DNA of 64,000 nucleotides. It comes from Fonticula alba ATCC 38817 (lineage: Eukaryota > Protista > Nucleariida). The position numbers and the translations under genes were made by a program. The stretch lies in NCBI GenBank assembly GCA_000388065.2, contig KB932211.1. One strand, 5' to 3'. Shown here piece by piece: positions 51,039-63,972 of the stretch; position 1 is the stretch's first letter; each line of letters begins with the position of its first letter. The notes under the pieces were generated by a model that saw nothing but the letters and a program-made list of their open reading frames with translations, was not told where the DNA came from and searched no databases.

Positions 51039-53418
51039 TCAGATGGCGGCGCCGTGGGTGCCCGGCTGGCCGGGCGCCAGGGGCACCGGCTCCGGGGCCA
51101 GGGCCCCGGCACCAAGGAGGTCAAAGAGCGACGCCCCGCCGGGCAGCGACACCGGCGAGCAGACTGGGCAGACGAAGTCCAGCCCAGCCGAGTCCGGCAG
51201 AGTGGGCGACGGCGCGGGCGCCGACGCGGGCGAGGTGGCCAGGCCGGCGAGGCTGGGGCCCGGGCGCAGACACGCCCGATGGGCCGCATGCGCGCAGGGG
51301 AAGGCCACGATCTGCTGGTCGAGGGGGTTGTTCGGGTCGGCGGCCACGGGCTCCGCGCCGAGGGGCTGGCCGCAGTTGGCGGCACAGGGGGCCGTTTGCA
51401 CGGCCACCAGGACGCCCCAGTGGGTCTGATCCTCGACATACTGGGCCGTTCGGCTGGGGAGCGAGGCCCCGGGGGTGGGCTTGAGCCCGAGCCCCGGCCG
51501 GTCGGCCAGGCCGCCGCCGCCGCCGCCGCCGCCGCCGGGGCCGCCTCGGGGCGAGGGCGCCGGCGTGGCAGGGACCGCCGCCGGGGCCGGGGCGACGGTG
51601 CCGGCCGCCGGGTCGGCCGGGCTTTGGTCCTCGACCGGCATGTGAAGGTGCGCCTGGATGGCCGGATGGATGCTGGCATCGCGCCGGCCCCAGAGGTAGA
51701 TGTCCGTGGTTTCGGCCATGGCGTGGACCTCGGCCGCCTGGCCACGCTGGCGGAGCTCCTCGCGCCACAGGCGCCCGGCTGCCCAGGAGGCCGGGCCAAC
51801 ACCGGCGGCGGCGCCGGCGGCGCCGGCGGGGCCACCGGGCCCGGTTGCACCGGCCCGGTCCGTGTTGCCGGTGTCGCCAGCCAGGGTGGCCTCCGCCGGG
51901 TTGAAGTCCACCGCGCCGACGGCCAGGCATCCGAGGAAGGCCGGTCGGACCAGCAGACCCAGGTCGGCCACCGGCTGGAGCATGTCCAGCGCGGCGCTCG
52001 TCGAGCCGAGATACGCCGCCGCATGGAGGACAACTGTGTGATGTGGCAGGCGGGGGAGTGGCAGAGGGGGGAAAGGGGCGCGGGGAGATGGAGAGGTCAG
52101 TGCCATGGGCAGGGCCATGCCGAGAGGAAGGGGCTGCCGGGCGCACCAAGCTCCGAGAGGAGCACCCCGCCGGCCGGGTCCTGGGGGGCCCAAATGTGCG
52201 CGGGGCCTGCCTGATGGGGGGCCAGCGCATTGGCACCGTGGCGATCGAGCGCGGCCAGGGGGTGATCCTCGGTCGGGGCGTCGGCAACACGAGCGGCCTC
52301 CAGCTGCTGGATCAGCTCGAGCGCCTGAGCCAGGGCAGCCTTATCGGGGATGTCTGTCGGCGAGCAAGCGGGCATGGGCATGCGCGTGCATGTGGGTGCA
52401 GGTGTGGTCGTCGGCGTGGTCGTCGGCATGGGCATGCGCGTGCATTTGCGCGTGCGTGAGTGGGACAGACAGCAGGAAGGATGGAAGCAGGCGGGCAGGC
52501 AGGCTGGCAGCACGCACAGGCGAGGGCACGCTCGAGAGCGCCGATGTCAGCCAGCAATGCCGCCAGGACCACGGTGTGCGCCCAGAGGGAGGACAGCGCC
52601 CCGGGCTCGGCCCCGGCCGCGGACACCAGGCATCCGGTCCCGAGTTCCAGGGCGTTCAGCTGCAGCTCCAGGCAGCGAGCCCAGTCACCAGTGAGACGGG
52701 CGCGCGAAGCCGCGTGGCGCTGGAGCTCTGCCGTCGAGCGGAAGAGCAAACTCGACTCGAGGCGGTCGAGCCTGAGCAGGCGTGCATGGGGTGGCCCCAC
52801 GTCAGTCAAAGAAGCGAGAGAGAGAGAGAGAGAGAGAGGAGGCCAACAGCCATGAGACGACCTCAGGCAAGAAGGGAGGCCCTCGCGGAGAGGGGGGGAG
52901 GGAGAAAGAGGGAGAGAAAGAGGGAGAGCAGAGCACAAGGCAACCCGTGGCGTACCATTCACGCTGAGGATGGGCAAGGGCAAAGTCCCGGCTTTCGGCG
53001 CTCGGGGCCCAGAGGGGCAATGGAAGCTCCGGTCGCCAGGTGGCGAAGCGCGGCTCCGGGGCCAGGAGCGCCTCGCGCGCTGGCGCCCGGGTGACTACGT
53101 CCCACGGCCGCAGGAGGGCGGTGGTGTGTGCATCGGCCAAGAGCAGAATGGCCTCCGGTGGGAAGACCCCGCCAGCCGGGGCACCGGACACGTCCGACGC
53201 CAGGGCGGCGTGCCAGCGCGCCGAGCACAGCACCCGGCGCAGGTACCGGCCCAGGAGGGCGAATGGCCGGGCCGAGGCACGATCCCCCGGGCCCGGGGCG
53301 GCATCGGGCTCCAGCAGGGCCGAGCAGCCCAGCAGCCGGGCTACCGTCCGGTGCCCCAGCAGCGGGTGACTCGCCACGCAGGCATTCTCCAGCAGGTCCT
53401 CCACATCGGCTCGGAGAG

Positions 53419-53459
<41 letters not shown>

Positions 53460-56400
53460 GCGGCGTCGTTGGCCCGGGTCCCCGGGGCAGGGGACTGGCC
53501 AAGGGACTGGAGTTGGTACGCCAGGCAAAGGAGCCCCAGGGGATCGTGCGTCGCCAGCTGGCCGACATCCAACGGCGCGGCGGCCTGATCGGCCGCCAGG
53601 GCATACTCCAGCAGGTGGCCGGGGACGCTGGCCGAGGTCCCGGCCATGCGGACCAGCTCTAACGCCTCCTCCAGCAGGGAATCATCCCCATGGACCAGGC
53701 TCGCCAGGACCGCCAGACGAGGGTCCAGCAGCTGGCAGGCCGGCCGGAGCCCGGCATCCAGCAGGGCGCCCAGGCCGAGGAGGAACCCAGCCCCGGTGAA
53801 GGCCTCGCGCTGAAGGGCGGACGGCCCGTCCGCCCCATCAAGCAGGGCAAGCACACGCTCGGCAGGCTGGGCGGCCAGCCAGCTGGCCGCGGCCAAGACC
53901 GCAGGCACCCGGTCCACCGTGAAGAAAGGCAGTGGCCCGAGCGCGCCCTCCAGCTGCTCGTGCAGCGGGTCCGGCAACAGAGCCGAGTCCAGCAAGGCAG
54001 CCGTGTCCGGGAATGCGGCCCCCTGGAATGACGGTCCGGCATCCAGGGCGACTGTGCGTTTGCGGATGTGTGCACGGGCGCGGGCACGTGAGTATTCGGA
54101 GGAGGGGGAGGAAGGGCAGGTCGGGGGGGGGGGGGGGGGGGGGGGCAAACACCACCGCGAGGGGGGACCACCCCAGGAGGGGGACCAACGTACTGGAGGC
54201 AAAGGCAGTTCTGAAGAGGCCGGCGTCCGGGAGGTCCTCGGCGACTGGATGATTGCATGTTGCGGTGAGACACGGGAAGAGAGGGAGCGCGAGGGGGGCG
54301 AAGGGGAGGAAGGCGCACAGTGTTGCTCCAGCAGGGCCGTGACATCTACGAGGCTGGGCATATCCTCCTGGAGGAGGGGCGTTTGCGCGGAATCGATCTC
54401 GGTCGAGGCGTCATCCGCCGCCCCGCCCGGGGCCCCCTGCTCCGGGGCGTCAAGGCTCAGCAGGGAGGACGCGGCCGACACCGACCGGCGGAAGAGCAGC
54501 GTCAGGTCGGTCAGCGAGCTGGGCGACGAGGAGAGCTCGGCATCCGGCTCCCCGGTGCTGGCCGTGAGCGAGGGCGCATCGTCGGCGAGGGGGGCCGCCG
54601 GGTCGGCCAGGTCCCCGGGCCCAGGCCCGGCGCCGGTCCCGACCGGCAGCGACATGCGCAGGGCCGCCTGCAGCTTGCCAGTGAAGGCCTCATGCCCGAC
54701 GATGTCCCCCTGGGCCGGGGTGGTGCCGGCCAGGGGGAAGGACGATCCGAGCCCCGTGTCCGAGGCCCAGGAGGCCGGATCTTCCAGGGGGGTAGCCGGC
54801 GAGGAGGAGGCATGCGTCGGGCGGGACCGGCGCCGACGGGCCGAGATGCTGATGGACACCGGGGCCGAGGGGGCCGATTCTGTGCCGACGTCCGGGCTCG
54901 CCAGCGCGGCGGGCGCCACGACTGCCGGCGCGTCGGCCTGGTCGAAGTATACTGGCAATCCCGGGAGGGGGGGGGGGGGGGGGGATGAAGAGAGGCCGGA
55001 GGGCGGAAAGTGCGCCACATGCATGGGCGCGTGTCAGAGGAGCTGAAAGGGGCGAGGGGGGAGGACACCAGGCACCCTGGAGAAAGGCACGGGACGAGGG
55101 GCGGGGCGCACCGATGGAGGTCTTCTTCTTCCGGCGCTTGCTCTCCTTCGGCAGTTTGGGGCTGGTCCCGGCCAGCGGGGGCGAGGCGGCCGAGTCGTCG
55201 ACGCTGGCCGTCAAATCGGTCTTGCGGGTTTTGGGCTTCTTGACCTTCTTGATGGGGATGGCCAGGGCCGGCGGCGGGAGCAAATCGGCCGTCAGCTGGT
55301 CCAAGCTGTCGGGGGAGAGGGCGCGCGCGGCTGGCGGGGCAGCCTGGAAGGACACCGGGTCGAGGGGGCGCGCCGGGCCGGCGGGCGTTGACGACACCGC
55401 GGCCGCGGCCGCCGCCTCGCGAAGGGTTCGACTCAACAGCGAGGAAGACGACGGGGGCAGTTGGCTGCTCGGGGCCGGGAGCGGGGGCAGCGAGGCCACC
55501 TCCGCCTGGGCCGGCCCGGTGGATGGGCTGCTTGTTGACATCGCTGACGGAGCATCCACCGAGGGGACCGGGCCTGGCGTGGCAGCCGGCGAGGCTGGAC
55601 GCGGCTCGGGAGGCGGAGCCAGTGCATCGCCCGGAGCAGGGGCGGGCGCGGGCGCAGCCACAGGCGCGGGCGCGGGCGCGGGCGCGGGCACGGGCGCGGC
55701 CACAGGCGCCGGTAGGAACTTATCCATCTCGAGTGCCAGCTGGCCCAGCGCCGAGACGGCAGGCGCAGGCGTGACTTCCTCGATGCCAGGCTCCTCGGGG
55801 GAATCGTCGCAGGCCGCGCGCCTGGCAGAGCCGGCCGGAGGGTCGAGGTCGGCGGCCGGCAGGAAAGCCGAGATGGCAGACCACTCGCCGGCGGTCAGGC
55901 CACAGGTGGCAATGTCTTGCAGGGCCTCCTCCGCGAAGGAGGTCACCACGGTGGCGGCGGTCCGGCCAAGGCCACACGAAATCAAGGCCTTGGAGGCGGC
56001 CCACGCGCCGCCCTGCACCAGGTCCAGGCAGATGATGCGCTGGTCCTGGCGCCCGAAGGCGGCCGGCAGCCGGGGCGAGGAGCCGCTGCTGGCCGGGGTC
56101 AACGGGGGGGAGCCCCCGGCCGGGGGGACCACCATGCCGGGGTCCTCCCCGCCGGCCGGCAGGGTGGCCAGCAGGAAGAGGCCGAAGATCGGCGCCCCGG
56201 GCCGCGGGGCGCCCCGGAGGACGGTCGTCGGGAAGGCCGGCTGTCGGACCACGGCCACGGAGTCGATGCGCAGCGGGGCCAAGCTCAAACGCAGAGACAC
56301 ATCCACCAGGTCAATGTCCACCAGGGCCAGGGACGAGCCCTGCGGCGACCAGGACAGCATGTGCTGCGAATCGAGGAAGGATGCCAGGCGCCCGAGCTCG

Positions 56401-58316
56401 AAGGGCACCGATGATGGCGCCGCGGCACCCGGCGCAGCCGAACCGCCGGCCTCCCCGGAGATGCCATTCACCGGGCAGGCAAATGCCCCGGAATCCCGGG
56501 CCAGGGCCGATTGCGCCGGAGACAGGCCGGTCCAAATCCGAGCCTCGGTCGCGCTCCCACCGGCGAGATTGGCATCGTCATCTTCCCCGTGCGGCGGCCG
56601 GCCCGCGTCCTGCTTCTCGTGTCCCTCCTCCTCCTGCTCTTCCTCCTCGGGGGACTGGTCCTCGTTGAAGTCGAGCGTGGCCTCGACCTCGCCATCCCGG
56701 CGCGAGGTGTCCACCGCCCAGGCGAAGCCGCCCGGACGCGACACCAGCGCCAGAGCGCCGCGCTCCAAGATCGGCAAGAACATGTTATCATCATCGTCCT
56801 CCTCCTGCTCCTCCTCCTCCTCTTCCCCCTCGGGACTGGTGCGGGCGGTGGTGGCGGCGGCGGCGGCGGCGGCATGGGATGCCATGCGCTGGGCCATGTG
56901 CGCGCGCGCCGCCGCCGCCGTGGACACGGAAAAGTGCGCAGCGCCATATTGGCCGAATCTGGCGCGGAGCAGGGCAAGGTGGCGCCGACAGGAGGGCGGT
57001 CAGTGGCGTCACGCCCACGGGCAAGCAGCGAAGCGCCGGCGCGGAAGGAGGCACATACCGCGGCCGGCGGCCGATGGGCACACAGGCATTGGTGGCCACG
57101 TCGATGAGGAGCGTGCGCGACACCGTTGACGCGAGGATCTGCCATCGGACGAGGCGGGGACAGAGGGTGAGTCGCATGATGGAAAGCGCCGGGGGGCGGG
57201 GGGGGGGGGGGGCAGGACAGCAAGCAGCGTACCGTGTGAAGGGAGATGTCCAGCTGGACGATGTGATCGGCGGGCGGGTCGCCGAGGTCTGGGAGGATGC
57301 GCGTGACGACCTCCGAGCTGACGAAGAGATTGAGGAACTGGACTCAGGGGGGGGGGGAGAGACACATGCGCATACACACACACACACACACACAGACACA
57401 GACACGAAGGGCAGAGGGGAAGACACCTGCCGGTCAGAGAGGGAGGGCGGACGAGGAGGCGCAGGCGCACGCGCAGGCGCAGGAGGGAAATGTCACGCTG
57501 GGGCCATCTTACGAGCCATGGCCATGGCGTACCTTCTCATTTTGCACCGCGGTCGACCGGAGCTCGCCGGACGAGTCGCAACTGAAGATCTTCCGCGCGA
57601 GGGCCTGCGAGTCGAGACCCGGATCCGCGAGCGAGGCCAGCGGCGGCCACCAGTGAACCGCAGTGACCGGGGCCCGGTGATCGCCGGTCTTGAGCAGGAG
57701 CTGTGCGAGAGGGGGCAGGTCAGTGACGACCAGTGCCAGCGGGCGAGGGGCGGCTAAAAGACATGGGACCGGGAGGACGGGGCGGCCCGACAACAAGCCG
57801 GAGATGGCAGAGGGACCGGCGAGGCGTACCTTCTCCTTGCACTTGATGCTCCCCTGGCCGAGGTCCCAAATGTGGATGCTGCCGGAGGAGGTGCCCACCG
57901 CCAGGAAGCACCGGCTCAGCAGGGCCGAGTGCCGCGCCCGCGCGGCCGGGTCAAATTCCGGCACCAGGGTCACATCCTCCGGATCGAAGAGGGCCAGGCT
58001 GGTGATGGACCCGAGCACCGACTTGTGCGACAGGACAAACCGCTGGCGGAAGGACCGGTCATGGTGCGAGAGTTCCGGCGAGGACAGGACGAACACCGTG
58101 CCGCCGGTGGTGCCCAGCACGAGGAACCTGCATCAGCCGGGGATGTGGTCAGCGCCTGGATGGGGAGGGGCGGCCAAGTGCATGCGGGGGGGGGGGGGGG
58201 GCAGAGCCTGCGCACCGGGAACTGGCCGCGATGGCCGAGAAGCGAAAGCGCCCGGAGGCATTCAGTTCGTCGGCGGTCGGTTGGGCCGACCGCGTTTCCA
58301 GAGCGATGAAGGGCAT
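51039..58316 (-). CDS. HPS5 (BLOC-2)/TECPR2-like N-terminal beta-propeller protein with C-terminal RING-H2, ~1927 aa, 11 exons
   Basis: Exons 58316-58216, 58127-57830, 57700-57533, 57337-57233, 57138-57059, 56958-55112, 54951-54319, 54051-52956, 52771-52518, 52353-52147, 52033-51039 (5784 nt). RFRFSAIAASSRFLVLGTTGG, LAVGTSSGSIHIWD, HRAPVTAVHW, HIVQLD...ILASTVSRTLLID...IGRRPRFGQYGAAHF, LVSRPGGFAWAVD...DGEVEATLDF parallel the HPS5 N-terminus. C-terminus WGV...CAANC...CAHAAHRAC...CPVC. HPS5 orthology is likely but not proven. Confidence 0.7.
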
Positions 58317-58992
58317 TTGGTTGTGTGGCTGTTTGTTTGTTTCCCGCGGCGAGGGACGAGGCAGGGAGGGGGAGATGGGGAGGACGGCGCGCCCCGGCGC
58401 TGCTGGGGGAGTGGGAGGGGCGGGCGCGGGCGCGCCGGTCGGTCGGGCGGGCGGGNNNNNNNNNNNNNNNNNNNNNNNNNNNNNNNNNNNNNNNNNNNNN
58501 NNNNNNNNNNNNNNNNNNNNNNNNNNNNNNNNNNNNNNNNNNNNNNNNNNNNNNNNNNNNNNNNNNNNNNNNNNNNNNNNNNNNNNNNNNNNNNNNNNNN
58601 NNNNNNNNNNNNNNNNNNNNNNNNNNNNNNNNNNNNNNNNNNNNNNNNNNNNNNNNNNNNNNNNNNNNNNNNNNNNNNNNNNNNNNNNNNNNNNNNNNNN
58701 NNNNNNNNNNNNNNNNNNNNNNNNNNNNNNNNNNNNNNNNNNNNNNNNNNNNNNNNNNNNNNNNNNNNNNNNNNNNNNNNNNNNNNNNNNNNNNNNNNNN
58801 NNNNNNNNNNNNNNNNNNNNNNNNNNNNNNNNNNNNNNNNNNNNNNNNNNNNNNNNNNNNNNNNNNNNNNNNNNNNNNNNNNNNNNNNNNNNNNNNNNNN
58901 NNNNNNNNNNNNNNNNNNNNNNNNNNNNNNNNNNNNNNNNNNNNTCGAGTGTCTGTTCCTCCTCCCCCCCCCCTTCCCGCTTGTCCCCGACC

Positions 58993-61400
58993 ATGGCGAC
59001 GATCTTCGAGATTCAGCGCCAGTGCCTCGAGGAAATCGACCGCCTCGAGCAGCTGATCGTCGACGAGCTGGCCTTCCCGGCTAGCACGGTGCGTTTGCCC
59101 CGGCCCACGGCCTCCTGCCTCGCGATACCGGCCACTGACCCCGGCATCTTGCCTGCGCGCGCCAGCACGAGGAGCAGCTTCTGAAGAACACCCGCGTGGC
59201 CAAGTTCGCCCAGATGGCCCAGGAGCAGAGCAACCTCCTGCTGCACTACTTCAAGGACGCCGATGGGTGCGCTCGCCGGGCGATCAAGCACCGTTGCATT
59301 TGCCTTTGCCTGCCTGTCCTCCTGGCTCCTTTTCTTCTTTTCTTTTTTTTTCTCTTTGCTGCACCCCTCTGCCGCCCTCGCTGACATGGCATAATCCCAT
59401 ACCCGGGGCTGTGGCTGTAGCATGCGCCTCGAGGAGACCGAGCAGATGGCCGGCGGGGCCGACTCCGCGCAGGGGGCCCTGGACGAGTTCTACCGCCAGA
59501 TGCGGCAGATCGAAGATCAGCACAGCCTGGCCGCGGTGCCGAATGCTCTGGCCGAGTCGCCGGCGGCCCGCTTCACCGAGCTGGCCGCCACCCGGGAGAA
59601 GGACATGAATGGTGCGTCTGGCTGGCAAGCGAGGCACCCTTGCCTTTGCCACCCGTTCCCTGACTATGTGCCCATGAGGAAGGGGGTAAGGGGGGGGGGG
59701 GGGGATGGTCACACGTACACACGTACACACGTACACACGTACATACACACACACACACACACACATACATACGCGCCTTCCCCATTGACTGAAACCCTCC
59801 CCTGCCCGCGACAGACATCATTCATTCGTTCACCGGCGAGGAAGGCCTGGCCCGGTATCTGGATCTGACCAAGCTCCACAGCATGTACCTGAACTTGGAC
59901 TTTGTTCGGGAGCAGATGACGACCGATCGGCCGGCCTACCTGACCTACGTGCAGTACCTGGCCGAGTTCGATGCCTTCCCGGACATCCCGCGCGCCGGGA
60001 AGAATGCCGCCTATGCGGAGTATGTGCGAGAGCTTGGGGACTATTTGGAGTCCTTCTTCCGCCGGGCCCATCCGCTGGTGAATGTGAGCGCGCATTTGCG
60101 GTCGGCCGATGAGGCCTTCGCTGTGGCCTGGTCACAGGGTGCGGCCCCGGGCTGGCCGCGTCTGGACGAGGACGAGCAGGCGCCCGGGCCGGCCGGCAGC
60201 GCGGCCCCGGCCCCGGAGGAAGTGGCTGCGGCCCAGGCCCGGCAGTCCTACTGTGACCTGTGTCGCGTGGTGTGCGACAGCCCGGCCGGCTTGCAAAAGC
60301 ACTCCCGCGGGACCAAGCATCGGAATGCGGCTCGTCGGGAGGAGCGCGAGCGCGAGTGTGCCCGCCTGGAGGCGCGCGTCACCTTGCTAGCCCAGCTGCT
60401 TGGGCAGGTTCGGTATGTTGCCATGTGTGCTGTTGCTGGGGAGTTGCTTTTGCCATTTTATGTTGCTGCTGGTGGAACTTCACTTTCGGCTTTGCTGACG
60501 CAAATGGTGGCTGTGTGAATGGGATGGCGGCACCCATTCGCTTTTTCTCCCTCTCCTGCCTCTCAGCGACCAGACTCGCGAGAATGTCGAGCGCAAGCAG
60601 ACCCGCACGCTGGCCGAGCGCGAGCTGGAGGCCGAGCGCGCGGCGCAGGATGCCGTCGCTGCCGGGCAGGCCACCGCCGCCACTGCTCTGGGAGCGGGTG
60701 GATCGCGTGCCCGCCGGCCGGGCGCCACCGACGCCGGTGCCTCGGACGACGAGGACGAGCACAAGCCCATCTACAACCCGCTCAACCTGCCGCTTGACTG
60801 GGATGGCCGGCCGATCCCGGTGTGGCTGTACCGCCTGCATGGGTTGGGCGTGTCGGTGCGTGGCCTTCTCTCCGTCCCCCTCTCCCTCTCCCTCTCTCTT
60901 TCTTGTCACTCATTTGGCCCTTTGTCCGGGAGAAGGGTATAATCCCGTTACTGACCGTGTGCTCCTCCTCGATCTTTGGACTTTCGGGGGAAATGCCTGT
61001 CTTCTCCTCCGTGTGTATGTTTGTGTGTGTGTGTGTGTGCTGTGTGCTGCCTGTCGGTGCCGGGTGTATATCATCACAGTACGAGTGCGAGATCTGCGGC
61101 GACTTTTCCTACCGCGGCCGGCGGAACTTCGAGCGGCACTTCATGGTTCGTTGGATGATGTGTCTTTCGCCCCCTCCTGCTTGTTGGCCAGGCACACCAT
61201 GTTGCTGACATTTGCTCGTACCCAGGACTGGCGCCACACCCAGCGGCTCAAGTGCCTGGGCATCACCAACTCCAAGGAGTTCATCGATGTCACCAAGATC
61301 GCCGACGCTCAAGCCCGTACGTGTTGGCTCTCGAGATATTTGTTGCTTCGTGCCTCTCCGAGGGCAGGCGTAGGGGCGTGGAGATCCGTACCATGTTTCA

Positions 61401-61437
<37 letters not shown>

Positions 61438-61598
61438 ACGAACGCACAATACCTGCCCTCGCAGTCTGGAAGAAGATCCAGCAGTCTCGGCAGCTGTCGT
61501 CCTTCCGCGCGGAGCACGACGAAGAATTCGAGGACTCTCGCGGCTACGTGCTCAACCGCCGTACGTACGAGGATCTCCGGAGGCAGGACCTCCTGTGA
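58993..61598 (+). CDS. SF3A3: U2 snRNP splicing factor SF3a60 (SF3A3/PRP9), 521 aa, 8 exons
   Basis: Exons 58993-59088, 59166-59266, 59421-59611, 59815-60412, 60567-60855, 61080-61145, 61226-61316, 61465-61598 (1566 nt). EEIDRLEQ, FTGEEGLARYLDL, RENVERKQ, IYNPLNLPLDWDGRPIPVWLYRLHGLG, YECEICGDFSYRGRRNFERHF, EEFEDSRGYVLNRRTYEDLRRQDLL. Confidence 0.96.
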
Positions 61599-62209
61599 GA
61601 GGAGGCGCCCGGCCGGTTGCTCCCTTTCATCAGCCCATGTGCACGCACGATGCACGCGCATCATCCACACAGTGCCGGTGTGCCTCCGCTGGAGGCCCTT
61701 TCCTCCTCCAAATGCACCTGCTCATATATGTGTCGTCGTGTGGGGTGCTTTCATGGGTATGTGCCGGCGGCAGGTCTACCAGGGCGAGGCGGGGCGAGGC
61801 GGGGCGGGCTGGAGCGGCGAGGCTCGGTGGGGCGGAGAATGATGGTGCCCTTCCCCCTTTCGTTGGCCGATCGGGAATGCCTGATAGGTGCCAGTGCACG
61901 GGGCATAATGGTCACGTTTGGGCTGCGCGTGACGAGGCCGATCGACGGCGCCGCCCCCGGGCCAGGCAGACCGACGCGAGAGGCCGGAACCGCAGAACGA
62001 ACTGGGCGAGCGAGATCCGGTGCCAGGGGTGGGGGTGGGGGAGGGGGGAGCCGATTCACCCGGCTTTCGGTTTGGGCATAGGTCGGTGCGGCTTCCCGAT
62101 CAGCGACCAGCCCCGGAGTGCGGGGGCGCTCAGGGAACAGCATCACCTCCTCCCTGCTCGCTCCTCCCCACTCCCCCATTCTTTGAGTCCTTTTTATCTC
62201 CGCCCCACC

Positions 62210-63835
62210 ATGAGACAGGGCATCGGTGCCATCCGGCAGCAGCAACTCCAGCAGGTTCGCCCCCTCTTGCCCTCCCCGACACCCAGGCAGTGTGGCTGAC
62301 ACATCCGTCGCACCTTCGAAGGAGCAACTGAAAAAGCTCGGCGAGTCCATCAAGGCCGACAGCATCAAGGAGGTGCGTGTGACTTGGTGTGTTTGTGTGG
62401 GTGTGGGTGTGGGTGTGGGTGTGGGTGTTTGCACACACCATCCTCGGTCTAACGTGCTCTTGCCTTTGGGTACGCACACACCCACTCACGCGCACGCACA
62501 TACATACGTGCATGCGTGCACGGACATCCCCATCCGCAGCTGGATGAACAGCTCCAACAATTTAAGACCCATCTGGAGGACTTCGCGCGGCGACACCACC
62601 GGGCCCTGAAGACCGACCCGCACTTCCGGTCGCGCTTCCAGGAGATGTGCTCGGCGATTGGCATTGATCCCATTTCGTGTGCGTGCCTGCTTGGGCGCTT
62701 CGCTGGCCGATGACCCTGCCTGACGTGTGTGTGTGTGTGTGTGCGCGCGTGTGCTCGGACCCCCTGCTCCCCCCCCCCCCCCAGCGAGTCGGGGCTTTTG
62801 GACGGACCTCCTGGGCATGGGCGACTTTTACTACAATCTCGGCGTGGAGGTGGTGGCTGCATGTAACAACTTGCAGAGCACCACGGGCGGCCTGGTGGCC
62901 ATCGATGAGCTGGTGTCGCTGCTGCTGCCGCGCTATCAGCGTAGCGGGAACACCATCTGCGCGTGCGTATTCCTTTGGCCCTCCCTCCTGCGATCCGCGT
63001 GTTGCCTTTCTTGCCCCCCGCCCCCTTCCCTGCGCGCAGATGCATGTGTGTATGTGCGTGCCTTTTGAGCATGGCCCTGCTGATTGACATCCTTCGGGGG
63101 CGCCCGGGTTTCCCCACTCACCCAGGGATGACATTGAGCGTGCCATCAAGAGCCTCAAGTGCCTGGGTGCCGAGTATTCGATCGTCATTGTTGGTGCGTC
63201 AGGGCCCGGACCAGCTCGCGCCTGTGTCTGGCCTTCCCTTTCTCTCTCTCTCTCTCTCCCTCTTGTCTGGTCGCGCTGTGGGCCTTCAACTGATGATGCG
63301 CTGCTCTGGGTGCGGCGGCCCGGGTGTGGGCAACATGCGCGCAGGCTCGAAGAAGATGGTCCAGTCGGTCCCCCGCGAATTGGACACCGACCTGCTGGTG
63401 TTCCTCGGCCGGCTGAGCCCGTCAACCTCCTCGGAACAGCCGGTCCCCGGGGTCTGGACCGGCAAGACGCCGGACGAGCTGGCGGCGGCCCTGGCTTGGC
63501 CGATCGAGCGCGTTCTGCGGGCAGCGGTGCGCACAACCCCATCCATCATCGGCCAGGGTCGGGCGTGGCAGGGCAGTCATCGGCCGGGGCCGAGACAGTG
63601 GGCCTTTGTGTGCGCGCATGTATGTGTGTATGTGTGTGTCCCTCTGACGCCCCTGTCCTTCGCTGATCGATCACGCATTGCCGATGGCGTGCGGATGTGG
63701 ATGGATGTGGGTGGATGTGTGCGCGCGGGGCATTTGGACGCACAGGAATCGGCCCTGCAGATGGGCTTGGTATGGATCGACCAGGAGGCGCCGCACGAGG
63801 CGGTTCGGTACTTCCTCCCGCGAGATCTCCAGTAG
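62210..63835 (+). CDS. SNF8: ESCRT-II subunit SNF8/VPS22/EAP30, 250 aa, 7 exons
   Basis: Exons 62210-62254, 62322-62372, 62540-62678, 62785-62962, 63126-63193, 63345-63526, 63746-63835 (753 nt). FKTHLEDFARRH, FRSRFQEMCSAIGIDP, GFWTDLLGMGDFYYNLGV, DDIERAIKSLK, VQSVPRELDTD, GLVWIDQEA. Confidence 0.95.
62395..62424 (+). repeat. (GTGTGG)5 hexamer repeat in SNF8 intron 2
   Basis: Direct reading of the sequence. Confidence 0.85.
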
Positions 63836-63972
63836 CGACGGGCTCGCGAGCGTGCGTGCGTGTGTGTGCGGTCCCCTCGCGCCCGGCTGCAGCGCCGTGG
63901 AGAGCGTCGTCATGCGGGCATGCGGAAAAAACATCCCCCACTCCGTACTGTCGATGGTGTGTTTGTGTGTGT

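Noticed and set aside
35876-61598. Apparent functional cluster of CHD1, SYF1 and SF3A3 (and BAR, HPS5-like and SNF8 for trafficking)
   Set aside because: The genes are interspersed with unrelated housekeeping genes in mixed orientation. Such co-occurrence is expected by chance in a compact genome, and there is no evidence of co-regulation.
62395-62424. (GTGTGG)5 as an interstitial telomere
   Set aside because: Only five units, inside an intron, and in a genome full of TG-type microsatellites.
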